Source: Octopus vulgaris
Lineage: Eukaryota
Reading direction: 5' to 3'
Assembly: GCA_951406725.2 (NCBI GenBank)
Contig: OX597822.1
Location: 75,206,001 to 75,270,000 of the forward strand
DNA length: 64,000 nt
In this document: positions 40,659 through 53,019 of the stretch, piece after piece
How the letters are laid out: the number at the start of each line of letters is the position of its first letter
Position numbering within the stretch: the first letter of the stretch is position 1
Notes under the pieces: model-generated
The model's database searches: none
Told to the model about the DNA's origin: nothing
Seen by the model: the letters and a program-made list of their open reading frames with translations, nothing else
Translations under genes and position numbers: made by a program

Positions 40659-42430
40659 ATATAATGTGTGTGTGTATTGTGTATGTATGCATTTGGTGGT
40701 TTGTTTTCCCTTTTTTTTTCTAAACGATGCTATTCTTTTACACTGCCTTTTTTTGTTTTTTTAAAAAAATGTTTATTTAAATGTTTGCCATTTATTTTTC
40801 CATCCTGTTATTTTACATCAATGTAAAATACTTATTTATCTATTCTGGTCATGATTTTTTGAGAGTTTTAATTTTAACTTATTTTATCATCACCATCATC
40901 TTCATTTTAAAAAACCACTTTCCCATGCTTGCATGGGTCGGACTAAGTTTTATTGAGGCAGATTTTTTTATTTGATCGTTTTTTTTTTTTTTTTTTTTTT
41001 TTATAAAAGCCATTTGTCTGGCACCATTTTTACCCATTCTTAGCCAGCTGTGAAGTGCTTACATCAGTAATTATATTGGGGTTTCTAACCACAAAACGAA
41101 TTAAACAATATACTGTAATATGAAGGAAAAAAAAACTAATGAAATTCTGATAAAACTAAATCATCTCTGCTTTGTTTCTTTTTCTTCTTTCATCATCATT
41201 ATCATCATCATCATTATTTACTGTCCGTTTCCCATGCTGGCATGGGTTGGATGGTTTGACAGGCATTGACAAGCTGAAGGGTTGCACCATGTTCCAGCCA
41301 TCTGTTTTAGCAAGATTTCTATGACTGGATGACCTTCCTAATGCCAACTACTTTACAGAGTATACTGGGTTCTTGGAATGTGGCGCTGGCACGCGTGTGT
41401 CTACTGTTGCATGCTTGCATGGATCAAACGGAATTTGTTGAGGCAGGTAGTCTACAGTGGGATGCCCTTCCTGTCACCAACCTTCATTTGTTTGCAAGTG
41501 AGGTTATATTTCCTCATGTTTTTCACAGAAGACTGGAAACGAACAACACCATTCGTGTGACGGTGAGGCTTATTTACAACTATAACATGACGTCAAGAAA
41601 AGGGTACACACAAATATACATACATATCATTATTATTTAATATCCACTTTTGCATGCTTGCTTAGGTTGGACTGAGTTTGTTGAGGAGGATTTTCTGCAG
41701 CCCTCACCTTGCTTTTTGTGGAAGATGGAAACAAACAACGTTGCCTGTATGAAAATGACCCCCATTTACAAGCATCACATTGTGAAGACAAAATTCACAC
41801 ACATTCGATGGGATCCTTTCAGTTCTTGCCAACCATTTCTACTCACAGGTCTCTGGTGGGCCTGGAGTAGGGCTCAAGGTACTGGCAATTCATACAGTCG
41901 CCCGGGGTGCCAAGGAGGGTGTGACAAAGACAAGGAAATTTCCACGACCGTCAGATTGTACACACCGAAGTTCAGCTTGCCTGGGGCTATAGAAAACACT
42001 TGCCCAAGGTGCTGCATTGTGGAATTGAACCCAAGACCACATGGAAGTTGGTTTTATCTTTTACTTGTTTCAGTCGTTAGGCTGCAGCCATGCTGGGGCA
42101 CTGCCTTTAAAAATATTATTTTATTCCAAAGAAACGACCCCAGAACTTTACTCTTTTACTTGTTTCAGTCATTTGACTGTGGCCATGCTGGAGCACCACC
42201 TTTAGTCGAGCAAATCGACCCCAGGACTTATTCATTGTAAGCCTACTACTTATTCTATCGGTCTCTTTTGCCGAACTGCTAAGTTATTTATTTTTTTGTA
42301 ATGTCTGGTATTTGTTCTATCGGTGTCTTTTGCCAAACCTCGAAGTTATGGGGACGTAAACACACCAACAGCAGTTGTCAAGCGATGGTGGGGAGCAGAC
42401 AGACAAAGACAAGGATATCTATCAATATAT

Positions 42431-42603
42431 CAGCGCTCCGCAACCAGTATGCCGTGGCACACTGGTGTGTTACAAGACGATGTTAGGTGTGCCGCAGTGT
42501 AACTTGAATATAATTTTTTCCCTATACTTTTAGTTCAGGTGTGCCACCGAATTTTGAACAGTATATAAAAGTACCGCAAGTGAATAAAAGTTGCGGAGCA
42601 CTG
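42431..42603. mobile_element. hAT-like MITE
   Basis: Termini CAGCGCTCCGCAAC ... GTTGCGGAGCACTG. TSD not clearly preserved. Confidence 0.6.
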
Positions 42604-42722
42604 ATTTATCTATCTACATATATATATTTATTAATTCATAATAAAATATAAGGATTAAAAATCTCGTTAATGATTTTTATCAGATATTCAGCATGCTATA
42701 AAAATTTATAGGCAATTTGTAC

Positions 42723-43092
42723 AGGCGTAGGAGTGGTTGTGTGGTAAGTAGCTTGCTTACGAACTACATAGTTCTGGGTTCAGTCCCACTGCGTGGCACC
42801 TTGGGCAAGTGTCTTCTACTATAGCCTCGGGCCGACCAAAGCCTTGTGAGTGGATTTGGTAGACGGAAACCGAAAGAAGCCCGTCGTATATATATATGTG
42901 TGTGTTTTTGTCCCCCCAACATCGCTTGACAACCGATGCTGATGTGTTTACGTCCCCGTCACTTAGCGGTTCGGCAAAAGATACCGATAGAATAAGTACT
43001 AGGTTTACAAAGAATAAGTCCTGGGGTCGATTTGCTCGTCTAAAGGCGGTGCTCCAGCATGGCCGCAGTCCAATGACTGAAACGAATAAAAG
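42723..43092 (+). mobile_element. SINE family B, full length
   Basis: Near-consensus copy. Confidence 0.85.
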
Positions 43093-43225
43093 AATATATA
43101 TATATATATATAATTATATTAAGGGAGCAAGGGCGAAAACGACCCATCTCCAGCATGCTTGAAGTGTCAAGACCTTTAAAAAAAACTCCAGATAAATATA
43201 CACATGGCTGCTCACAAAAATTTCT

Positions 43226-43301
43226 GTCACGATGGGCGAGCGAGCTGTGTTCAGGTCGCAGTCGGGTCTTCCCGGCGTGCGTTCGTATCCCACTTCTGAC
43301 A
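43226..43301 (+). pseudogene. tRNA-Leu(CAG) pseudogene
   Basis: gtcacgatgggcgagcga-gctgtgttCAGgtcgcagtc...ggcgtgcgttcgtatcccacttctgaca follows the metazoan tRNA-Leu(CAG) sequence but with a D-arm deletion and T-loop substitutions. Confidence 0.7.
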
Positions 43302-43819
43302 AAAAATATATACATATATATAATGTGCGACGGGCTTTGCTCGGCGCATAGAAGACATTTACCTAGTGTCACGGTGTAGGAATGAACACGAAACCATGTG
43401 GTTGGACTGCAAACTCCTTACCACGCAGCCACCGCTGAGCCTATGTTTCAGTAAGGTTGCAAGTGTTGATGTATAGTCATAGCTTGTGACCTCTAGCGTA
43501 GCTAGTGTGTACCGTCCGGGGAGGCCTTTCCGTTTGCCGCCCCCGGACCCCACAAAAAACATATATTGCCTACAACAGGATGAAAAGTTCCGCCCTACCG
43601 GCCCCTCCCCCTATCTACGTTAGTGCCTCTGACGCTATGTGAGAATTCTGCAGTCAGGATGTATTAATGATATGATGAGATGTTTAATGGTTTGGGGAAA
43701 TGTTAAAAAAAAACAACAATATTTACTGATGGTGGGCGTGATTTCGAACGTGTCTGCCCCTTTTATAATAGGAATTGCTAGTTTATGTAAGTGTTGGGGG
43801 TAAGGATTATTGGTTTGTG

Positions 43820-44040
43820 GATGTGTGTGGGAGTGTCATGCTGTTACGTGTATGTGGGAGTGTCTCTATGATGTTTGCATGTTTTGTGCTTGCCAATATG
43901 TAGGAGGGTCTCTATTGTTTGTGTGTGGGAGTGTCTTATTTGCCAAAATGTAGGAGTGTCTTCATGATATTTGTATCTGGGAGTGTCTTCTTGAAGTTTG
44001 CTTGTACGTGGGAAAGTCTTCATGATGTTAGCTATTTTGT
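43820..44040 (+). repeat. Degenerate short-unit minisatellite (tgtgggagtgtct core)
   Basis: Core recurs about 7 times at ~30-45-bp spacing. Confidence 0.6.
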
Positions 44041-44259
44041 GGAAATTTTACAACAAATAATCACGTGATGTCAAGAGAAGAAAAACAAACACGCACGCAC
44101 TGTCATACATAGACCTACATAAACGACAGGCTTCTTTCAATTTTCTTCTAAATGCACTCAACTTCGCTCTGGTCGACCTGGGTCTTTAAAGAAGAGTCTT
44201 GCTAAAGGTGTCACATAGAGGGACTGAGCCCAAAGCCATGTGGATGAGAAGCAGTTTTT

Positions 44260-44425
44260 GAGGGGAAGGAGAAGTCAATTACATCGACCTAAGTACTTGA
44301 TTGATATGTATTTCATCGATCCCGTAAGGATGAAAGGCAAAGTCAACTTCGGCGGAATTTGAAGTCAGAACGTAAAGACAGACGCATTTTGCCCGGCGTG
44401 CTAACCATTCTGCTGGCTCACCGTC

Positions 44426-44463
<38 letters not shown>

Positions 44464-44680
44464 CCTTTCTATTATAAGCACAAGGGCTGAAATTTGAGGG
44501 GAGGGGGCCTAGTCAATTATATCGACCCCAGTGCGTAACTGGTACTTATTTAATCGACCCCCGAAAGGATGAAAGACAAAGTCGACCTCTGTGGAATTTG
44601 AACTCAGAACGTAACGACGGGCGAAATACTGCTAAGAATTTTGTCCGGCATGCTAACGATTCTGCCAGTTCGCCGCCTTC
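44260..44680 (-). mobile_element. SINE family A, tandem pair separated by (TAA)n
   Basis: Reverse-complement consensus matches. Confidence 0.8.
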
Positions 44681-45169
44681 TTAATAATAAAGATAACAAT
44701 GACAGTGTTCTGCACCTTTTTCCATCTTCCCAATTCCTCATAAACTAGTTATTTGTCAATCTCAGACTATGGTAGAAGACACTTGCTTAAGCTACTCTGC
44801 TGTGGCGTTCAAACTAAAATCACAAGATTGCGAAGTAGACTTCTCAACTAGCCAGATATTGAATTAACAGTTTTGTCAGTGCTGAGGGTGAGGTTTCTAA
44901 GAATTATTAATTTTATGGCTGAGCACTAATTATCTGTTGGTGTTCACTTCACGTGTGTTAATGAGGTCTCGTTGCTGGATGGCTGTATCTCTATGGTAAC
45001 TGTCATGGGTTATCGTATTTACTAGCGTTTTTACGACGCACCTGTTGGTTTTCAAACGAATAAAAAAATTGCATTGTGTCATAAATAAAAGGCCGAGTAT
45101 CGTAGTCTAGGGAACTAGAGGAGCATAAATCAGCTAGGCACAATAATTATTACCAATAATAGAATACTT

Positions 45170-45354
45170 TTTTACTTGTTTCAGTCATTTGACTGTGGCC
45201 ATGCTGGAACACCACCTTTAGCCGAGTAAATCGACCCCAGAACTTATTCTTTGTAAGCCTAGTACCTATTCTATCGGTCTCTTTTGCCGAATCGCTAAGT
45301 TACGGGGACGTAAACACATCATCATCGGCTATTAAGCGATGTTGGGGACACACA

Positions 45355-45405
<51 letters not shown>

Positions 45406-46182
45406 GTATATATAGACATATATACGATGGGCTTCTTTCAGTTTCTGTCTACAAAATCCACTCACAAGGCTTTGGTCGGTCTGAGGCTATAGTAGAAGAC
45501 ACTTGCCCAAGGTTCCACGTATTGGGACTGAACCCGGAACCATGTGGCTGGTAAGCAAGCTACTTACCACACAACCACTCCTACGCCTAAAAAGAAGCCG
45601 AGATGCCACAGTCTCTTATTACAGACTTCCGGAGAATTGCTTCCGCTGCGTCGGCAGTTATGTGAGAGGCCACAGGATCGCATTTATATCTCCCCCTCAG
45701 CATTGATACAACCCACACCGGATACGTGTCTTACATTATTTTATGATGGTGTTACCCTTAAGAAACATTTTGAAAGTGACTGTGTGGTAAGTAACTTGCT
45801 TACGAACCACATGGTACTGGGTTCTCGGTTCAGTCCCACTGCGTGGCATCTTCTGCTATAGCGTCGGGCCGACCAAAACCGTGTAAGTTGATTTGGTTGA
45901 CCGAAACTGAAAGAAGGCTGTCGTATGTATGTATGTATGTATGTATGTATGTATGTATGTATGTATGTATGTATGTATGTATGTATGTATATGTGTGTCT
46001 GTGTTTGTCCCCCCAACATCGTTTGACAACCGATGCTGATGTGTTTATGTCCCCGTCACCTAGCGGTTCGGCAAGAAAGACCGATAGAATAAGTACTTGG
46101 CTTGCAAAGAATAAATCCTGGGGTTGATTTGATTGACTAAAGGCGGTGCTCCAGCATGGCCGCAGTCAAATGACCGAAACAA
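45170..46182. mobile_element. Two family B SINEs head-to-head
   Basis: 45170-45590 on -, 45775-46182 on +. Confidence 0.8.
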
Positions 46183-46224
46183 AATAATAATGATAATAAT
46201 AATTCGTGAAATATGTTTTGACAC

Positions 46225-46460
46225 GCAGACCATCGGTGTCCGATGACGACAAAGACTGTGTTCTGTGCGATGAGAGTGCATGTGGTTCCGCAGTCCAAAT
46301 CTGGAAGCACACAGGCGCCCACAGATGTCACAGTGATAATCTGTTGACAGGATTGAGGCGGACGCTGCTCCATGACGTCTTTCTCTTACATCATAGAGAC
46401 GCTGTCGCCGCTCCTTTTCAAAGGCAGCTGATGCTCGTGACTTGAGAGACTTTAGGTTCG
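46225..46460 (-). mobile_element. RTE-like LINE 3' end with C2H2 finger
   Basis: AAFEKERRQRLYDVRERRH...CDICGRLCASRFGLRNHMHSH. Confidence 0.6.
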
Positions 46461-46720
46461 CGTGGGCCAATGCCGCTTCATTTGCGGAAAAGAATGTTAA
46501 GTATTCATCCGCTTGATAGTTATTTGCAATGAGTGAATGACAACAAAACCGTAGTGGAAGTGTACGACCCCGGTGGCCGATCGCGGCAGCACAAAACATC
46601 ACAGCCAGAAATACAAGTCTTACATCCTGTATGGCAATTCTCTTGAACAAAGATATAAACAACTACACAGTTCATTATTTACATTTGACGGATATTTGTC
46701 CTCATCTTGTTTGTTGTTAT

Positions 46721-46762
46721 CACAACGTTTCGGCTGATATACCCTCCAGCCTTCATCAGGTG
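46721..46762 (-). ncRNA. Minimal hammerhead-like motif inside a tRNA-headed repeat
   Basis: Minus strand CAC-CUGAUGA-A-GGCUG(GAGGGUAUAU)CAGCC-GAAAC-GUU^GUG. Loopless ACGU stem III, as in dimer-type motifs of Penelope-like elements. Confidence 0.55.
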
Positions 46763-46814
46763 CCTTGGGGAAATTTCGAACCTGGGTTCTCATTCCTAAG
46801 GTATTTTTCGATGA

Positions 46815-46861
<47 letters not shown>

Positions 46862-46998
46862 TCACTGCCTGGAATCGAAATCGGAATCTTGGGGTTAGTA
46901 GCCCGTGCTCTTAACCTCTACGCCATATGCCCGTGGAAGTAGTGGTTAAGAGCGCGGGCTACTAACCCAAAGATTCCGATTTCGATTCCAGACAGTGA

Positions 46999-47055
<57 letters not shown>

Positions 47056-47056
<1 letters not shown>

Positions 47057-47392
47057 GTTATCTAAAAGAAATGGAGAAACTTTCAAAATACAAAGACTTG
47101 GAAATAGAGGTAACTCGAATGTGGAATCTAAAAACAGAAACAATTCCTATCATAGAAGGTGCATTAGGCATAATAAAAAAAATATCCAGACAAATACATA
47201 ACAAAAACACCAGGACCTACAAACACATATAAAACACAGAAAATTGCACTACTGGGCACTGCCCACATCCTACGCAAAACACTTTCAATACAGTAACCAT
47301 CAGGGCATCACAACAAAACACAGCACATACCTAAGGCACACAGAACTGCGCTTGGTAGTGAAGTGAAAGCACGATATAAAAAAAACTACTGA
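47056..47392 (+). mobile_element. R4/Dong-like LINE 3' fragment inserted in (TAA)n
   Basis: KEMEKLSKYKDL..EVTRMWNLKTETIPII.GALG...KIALLGTAHILRKTLS. (TAA)n on both sides. Confidence 0.75.
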
Positions 47393-48040
47393 ATAATAAT
47401 AATAATAATAATAATAACATCGAAAAATACCTTAAGAATGAGAACCCAGGTTCGAAATTTCCCCAAGACACCTGGTGAAGGCTGGAGAGCATAGCCAAAA
47501 CTTTGTGTTAACAACAAAGAAGATGAGGACAAATATCCGTCAAATGTAAATAATGTAAATAATGTGCACAATTCCTGATTTCTTAAATATAGAACTGTAT
47601 TAACTACATAGTTGATCTAAAAGAAGATTAAATTATGGTACTCTTATAACAATGTGAGATGAAGTGTTATACTCATGATCACCTCTTGGTCTGGAGATCG
47701 AAACTATGACCTTGTGATCGTGAATGCAACACCCTAACCACCTTCAACCGCATCTTCACATATTTATGACAAGTCCGTAGGGATATAGCGATCATTCTTA
47801 CAATACTTATATGGCTACGTAGGATTATATTCATATTTATTTGAAACTATTGATATGGATCTCCAGAACAATATCTGCATGCTGTGTATCAATAAAGAAA
47901 ATTAAGTGAGTTACTATGGTGAACCAATGCAAAAATATGGGTTTAGGTTTATATATTTATCAGAACCACGTTGAAACGGAGCATGTTACTTACCGTATTT
48001 ACCGGCGTGTTAGATGATAAAAAAATACCGGGACTGGAGC

Positions 48041-48086
<46 letters not shown>

Positions 48087-48104
48087 ATATATGTCCGGCA
48101 TTCG

Positions 48105-48290
48105 GCATGATAGACCGCTAGCCACTAAACCATTTTCTATTTTCTCTCCTTATTTATTTCTGTTCCTGTCTGTTGAAGAGCGTAGGCTCGAAACGTAAAA
48201 GACTTTCTCACTTCCCGAGCGTTGAACTAATACATCTGTTTGTTGTTTACACACCCGTCTTCGTTTTTTTTTTTTTTGTAAATTCTCACT
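48105..48290 (+). mobile_element. Short Penelope-like non-autonomous repeat with variant hammerhead-like core (related copies at ~4130-4315 and ~5582-5790 on -)
   Basis: CUGUUGA-A-GAGC(GUAG)GCUC-GAAAC-GUA at 48170-48197. Three similar copies, all embedded in TA/TG microsatellites. Confidence 0.45.
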
Positions 48291-48399
48291 ATATATATAT
48301 ATATATACACACACACACATACACACATACATATAAAGAAAAACGAAACTACTACGCGTATAAATTTGACGTTTCCTTCTGAAACCACACGCTTTACCC

Positions 48400-48545
48400 A
48401 GAGTAGTTTCCATTGATAGAAGCATTCTTGGAATTCCTCTTGGGAGGATAACGAGCTGCTCCCCTCGTCGCATTCTTTTGGATTTCTTCGACGTCTTGTA
48501 ATCTTGTTCCTTTCAAGCTGGATTTGATTTTTGGGAAAGAATTCT
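48400..48545 (-). mobile_element. Mariner transposase C-terminal remnant
   Basis: FPKIKSSLKGTRLQDVEEIQKN resembles the mariner FP.LK..LKG.RF...EEI motif. Confidence 0.55.
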
Positions 48546-48586
48546 TAGCCGAAATAACCTTCAAGCTGTGTCTCTTTCCACGAGCG

Positions 48587-48641
<55 letters not shown>

Positions 48642-49447
48642 TTTCTCTTCTGTGGTCACTGATGGAACCCCTGTGGTGTGATGAAACGACCACACTCTAC
48701 ACACTTTACTTTCAAGCACTGTTAATAAACAACGGAAGTAAACGAGAGGCTTATAACTTAGTGTGCATGTGCAAAAGGATTGAAGGTCAATCTGTACCAA
48801 GCGGCTTCACTCTACGTACATTAGCTCCGTTACTATAGCAACAGTCCCGATCAGGCTTCGTATTCCCTTGCAAAACTACTTTAGAATATCTCTCAATAAG
48901 CGTATGACGAAACATAACAAACTTGTTTTTTTGTCCATAAAGTATACTTGTAAAATAGGAGAAAATCTTACGTGAGACTGCATCTTACACGCCGGTAAAT
49001 ACGGTAAATAACATGCAATGTTTCAGCGAGGTTCTGGAGTTATGCCAACATACGATAAATATGTAAAGCTAAACCCATATTTTTGCATCGGTTCACCATA
49101 GTAACTCATTTAATTTTCTTTACTGATACACAGAATGCAGATATTGTTCAGGAGATCCATATCAATGGTTTCAAATAAATATGAATATTCCTATGTAGCC
49201 ATACAAGTATTGTAAGAATGATCGCTATATTCTTTTATTCTTTTATTTGTTTCAGTCATCTGACTGCGGCCATGCTAGAGCACCGCATTTAGTCGAGTAA
49301 ATCAATCACAAGATTTATTCTTTGTAAGCCTAGTGCTTATTCTATCGGTCTCTCTTGCCGAACTGCTAAGTGACGAGGACTTAAACATCCCAGTAGCAGT
49401 TATCAAGCATTATTGGGAGGGACAAACACAGACACACAAACATATAG

Positions 49448-49511
<64 letters not shown>

Positions 49512-49514
<3 letters not shown>

Positions 49515-49803
49515 CGTGATCACCAGGCTATCAGATGTCGCTGGTCACAATGCACTTCGCATTGTTTTTTAGCCTTCAAATGACTCCACCCCGCTGGCTA
49601 AGCGACCAGGCCAACAGAAGAAAGAGTGAGAGAAAGTTGTGGCGAAAGAGTACAGCAGAGATCGCCACCATCCCCTGCCGGATCTTCCTGGACCTTTTAG
49701 GTATTTTCGCTCAATAAACACTCACAACGCCCGGTCTGGGAATCGAAACCGCGATCCTACGACCGCGAATCCGCTGCCCTAACCACTGGGCCATTGCGCC
49801 TCC
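49512..49803 (-). mobile_element. SINE family C (tRNA-derived), nested in the microsatellite of a family B SINE
   Basis: Minus strand ggaggcgcaatggcccagtggttagggcagcgga.tcgcggtcgtaggatcgcggtttcgattcccagacc. Related copies at ~4985-5270, ~53250-53535 and ~58335-58620. Confidence 0.8.
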
Positions 49804-49964
49804 ACACACACACATATATATATATACGACGGGCTTCTTTCAGCTTCCGTCCACCAAATCCACTCACAAGGCTTTGGTTGACCCGAGGCTATAATAGAAG
49901 ACACTTGCCCGAGGTGCCATGCAGTGGGACTGAACCCGGAACCATGTGGTTGGTAAGCAAGCTA

Positions 49965-52900
49965 CTTTATTTCATAAAATTTGCCATGAAGGCATTACAA
50001 AGAGGGGACGAACAAGGACAGACAAACATAAAAAGGTGTAGTAGCTGCTATAACGTTTCAAAATTTATGGTGATAAATTTATGATACAATTTAGAAATTA
50101 CAAATGACTATTTACAAATTGCAATTTACAAATTCCTAATTACCAATTACATGATAACATGTTACTCATTGCGATTTGCAATAACTTCCCTGTAGGAAAG
50201 GCATCCGACCACCAGGGTAGAACCTTTGCTTTCTCTTTCCATTTCTTTTATTTGGACTCCACTGACCTGGTGCCAATCGCTCCCAACTTTCTTGCCACAG
50301 GTTTCCATCTTTTCATGAATCTATCTCGTGACAGGTACCTCTTCTCCAGCCTGATCTTACTACTGAGGCGGTAACTAAAATAGTTAACCAGCCCCTGGCC
50401 GTATACAGAGGTACCCGTCACTATGCCTCTCACATGCGTCTTCCATACTGTTTCTTTCAGTATGGCTACTACGCAGAAAAAGCAAGCCTTCCTTTCCCTG
50501 TTAAGGGAAGGAGGCGGCACAATCTCGATGATAGACTCAGCTGATAGCTGCACTCTTCCCATCGATGACAACAGCTGTTCTGTGAAAGCTATCAGCTCCT
50601 TTAAGTCCGGACATTCCACAAATGCGTGCAAAGACGGTTTCACTGTCCCACCCGCTCCTCGGACATGTCGGCGAGACAGCACTTCCGTACCATGACAGTT
50701 TATCACGAACAGGTAATGCCGCACGGAAACACTGTCAAGCCAGGGATTTCTGGTAATTATCCAGGTACCCCGGCCCGAAAGTTCTCCTGAGCAGGTCGAT
50801 CAACTAATTTTCATTTTAGCCCAGGTTCTCCCCCAAGGCGTCTTCGGACATAATTTCCACTAATACGCTATAAAAATCCGCGGTTGAGCTCCTATTGCCG
50901 GCATTGCCCGCCCGAGAGAGTAGCTGAAGTGCCTGACGACACTCCAATTGCCAGTCCCTCAGCCTAGGTCTCTGCTTGATCCAGTTACCAATGTCCGTTA
51001 AGGACGTTAACTGTAGAAGGTAGAACCGGACGTGCGGTGACCACACCTGCTCTCCATCCAGGTAAAGCCAGAGGTGCCTCAACCTTAACGCAAGTTTACG
51101 CATTCTCAACCAAGGCATCGCTAGCCCACCCTTTAGCGGTTTCTGGTAGCAGACAGAGCGCTTCACAAGTGGCTTTCCTCCTTTCCACAAAAAGCGGAAA
51201 AGGATTCTCTCCAACTTGTTCAGCCACAAATTGGCGCAAGGAACCACAGTCAGGCGGTAGGTGATAACCGACACTATAAACATCTGCACCACCTCCGCTG
51301 TTCCTAGCAAGGACAAGGCCCGCCCAGACCAGGTCTGGGTTAGAGCAGTCTCCTTGCTGGCTACCTCACATCAATTTTTCTCTATCTGGAGGCCTGGCCC
51401 AAACTAGACTCCAAGCAGCTTAACAGGATCTTCCGTCCAACGCCCCACGACGTTATTAGACGGCATCGGCTTGCCCCTCCAGGTGCAAACCGACCGACTT
51501 GTCCTTGTTAACCTTTGCTCCTGCCCGGGATAGCGCACGTTTGCGCTCTCCCTACAAGTCTGTCCACGACCCGCGCCAACCTTTTCGCTAGCACCTCGGC
51601 CATAATCTATAACTCTGTGTTCAGCAGAGTTATGAGCCTGAAATTCCCTATTTCATCCCCCTTGCTCGGGTCCTTCCTGATCAACATCACCACCCCACGG
51701 CTCGCAGATTTGGGAATTCTCCCATTCTGCTGCCAATTGGCGTAGACGCTGGCCAGCAGGTGCCTGAGCAAGTCTGGCATACCTTTGTAAAATTCATAAG
51801 GCAGACCATCGAGACTCGGTGACTTCTCCTCGGGGCTTTCTCCCAGTACCTCGGTCACCTCTTCGGCTGTGATTGGTCTGAAGCTTCAGGCCAACTGCCC
51901 AGTGTATCCATGCCTTAAAAGGGCAGTTCTCCTTCGAGTATTCTTAGCAGCATTCCGCTCATGTCTAGTGAACGACTAAAGAATGGATCCTCTTGGGATT
52001 TTACTTATGTTTCAAATCTGGAATCTACTGTGTCATAAGTACAGCCCCTCGCTATATACTTTATGTCTTCCCATACGAAAGCTAGACATTTTTCAATTTT
52101 GCACTGCTCAAAGTGCTTAAATTTCTTTGTTGAAGGACAGTATGTTTTGAAAACAACTGTTCTTCTTTTCAATTTTTCAACACTAGGTGAGGGTGATATT
52201 TTTATATCACCCCACTCTTCTTTCATTTTTTCAAAAAGCTCGGAGAGCTTTTCCTTTGATAGTTCGACGTTTTCAGTAGCCACCGCGGTAACTGCTGAAG
52301 ATGTCTTAACTGGCTCTTCCAGTGAATTTTTCTCTGAAATTATTTCGACCGACATATTCGGTCGAATTAAATTTATACACAATTTAATCCCAGAAAACGG
52401 GAAACCTATAATTTCACCCCCCCCCCCCCTCTCAACGAGGACAACAGTTCAAATCCCATCCCCGCTTGGCGAGACGTAACAACAAAGCCTACAACGGTGA
52501 AATTAAATTTTTCACACAATAATAGAAATTCGGTATCCGAAAAAACGGGAAACCTATATGTTTTTCTTCTTTTCCTTACAACGAGGACAACGGTTCAAAT
52601 CTCACTCCCGCTGGGGGTTTGGTGCCACAATAAAGCCTACAACGGCTAAATTTTTCACACAGTAATAAATTGATTATCACTAAACACGGGAAACCTATAA
52701 TATTTTTCCCTCTTAACCAGGATAACAGTTCAAATCCCACCCCCGCTGGGGGAAGGGGGCACGACAATAAAGCCTACAACGGCTTTAACAAGTTCAATAT
52801 TTCAACAATTCAACTGTAAAAATGGCTTTACACAAACAATTACTTTCTCACGTCACCGGGAAAAATCACAAACATTTTCAAAGTTTAACAGTTCAACAAT

Positions 52901-53019
52901 GTTCAACAGTTCGAAAATGTTCAACTATAAACAGTCAACAATTCCAACAGAAAAAATAATCCAAGGTTCAACAAAACGTTTGACTCACCGCAAAAAAACA
53001 CGTCTAAACACGAGACAGC
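49965..53019 (-). mobile_element. L1/Tx1-clade non-LTR retrotransposon, internally deleted and inactive, with 11-bp TSD
   Basis: ORF2 remnants KSPSLDGLPYEFYK, FRLITLLNTEL, RILFRFLWKGGKP, KGGLAMP, LHAFVECP. Probable ORF1 remnant at 52005-52382. Flanked by taagcaagcta at 49954-49964 and 53020-53030. Confidence 0.8.
52395..52785 (-). repeat. Three ~145-bp tandem monomers in the 5' region of the L1/Tx1 element
   Basis: Repeated acgggaaacctata...aac(a/g)gttcaaatc(c/t)ca...cccgct...aaagcctacaacgg at ~52395, ~52540 and ~52683. Confidence 0.75.

Larger units (their letters stand above)
46666..47598. mobile_element. Fold-back element made of two head-to-head tRNA-headed units (half-copy at ~33480-33706)
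   Basis: 46666-46921 is the reverse complement of 46939-47055 plus 47393-47598. Centre has A/B-box-like tggcgtag.gg and ttcgattcc. Confidence 0.7.
47991..49008. mobile_element. Tc1/mariner-superfamily non-autonomous element with ~25-bp TIRs and TA ends
   Basis: TAccgtatttaccggcgtgt.agatg at 47991 and its reverse complement catct.acacgccggtaaatacggTA at 48981-49008. Confidence 0.65.
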
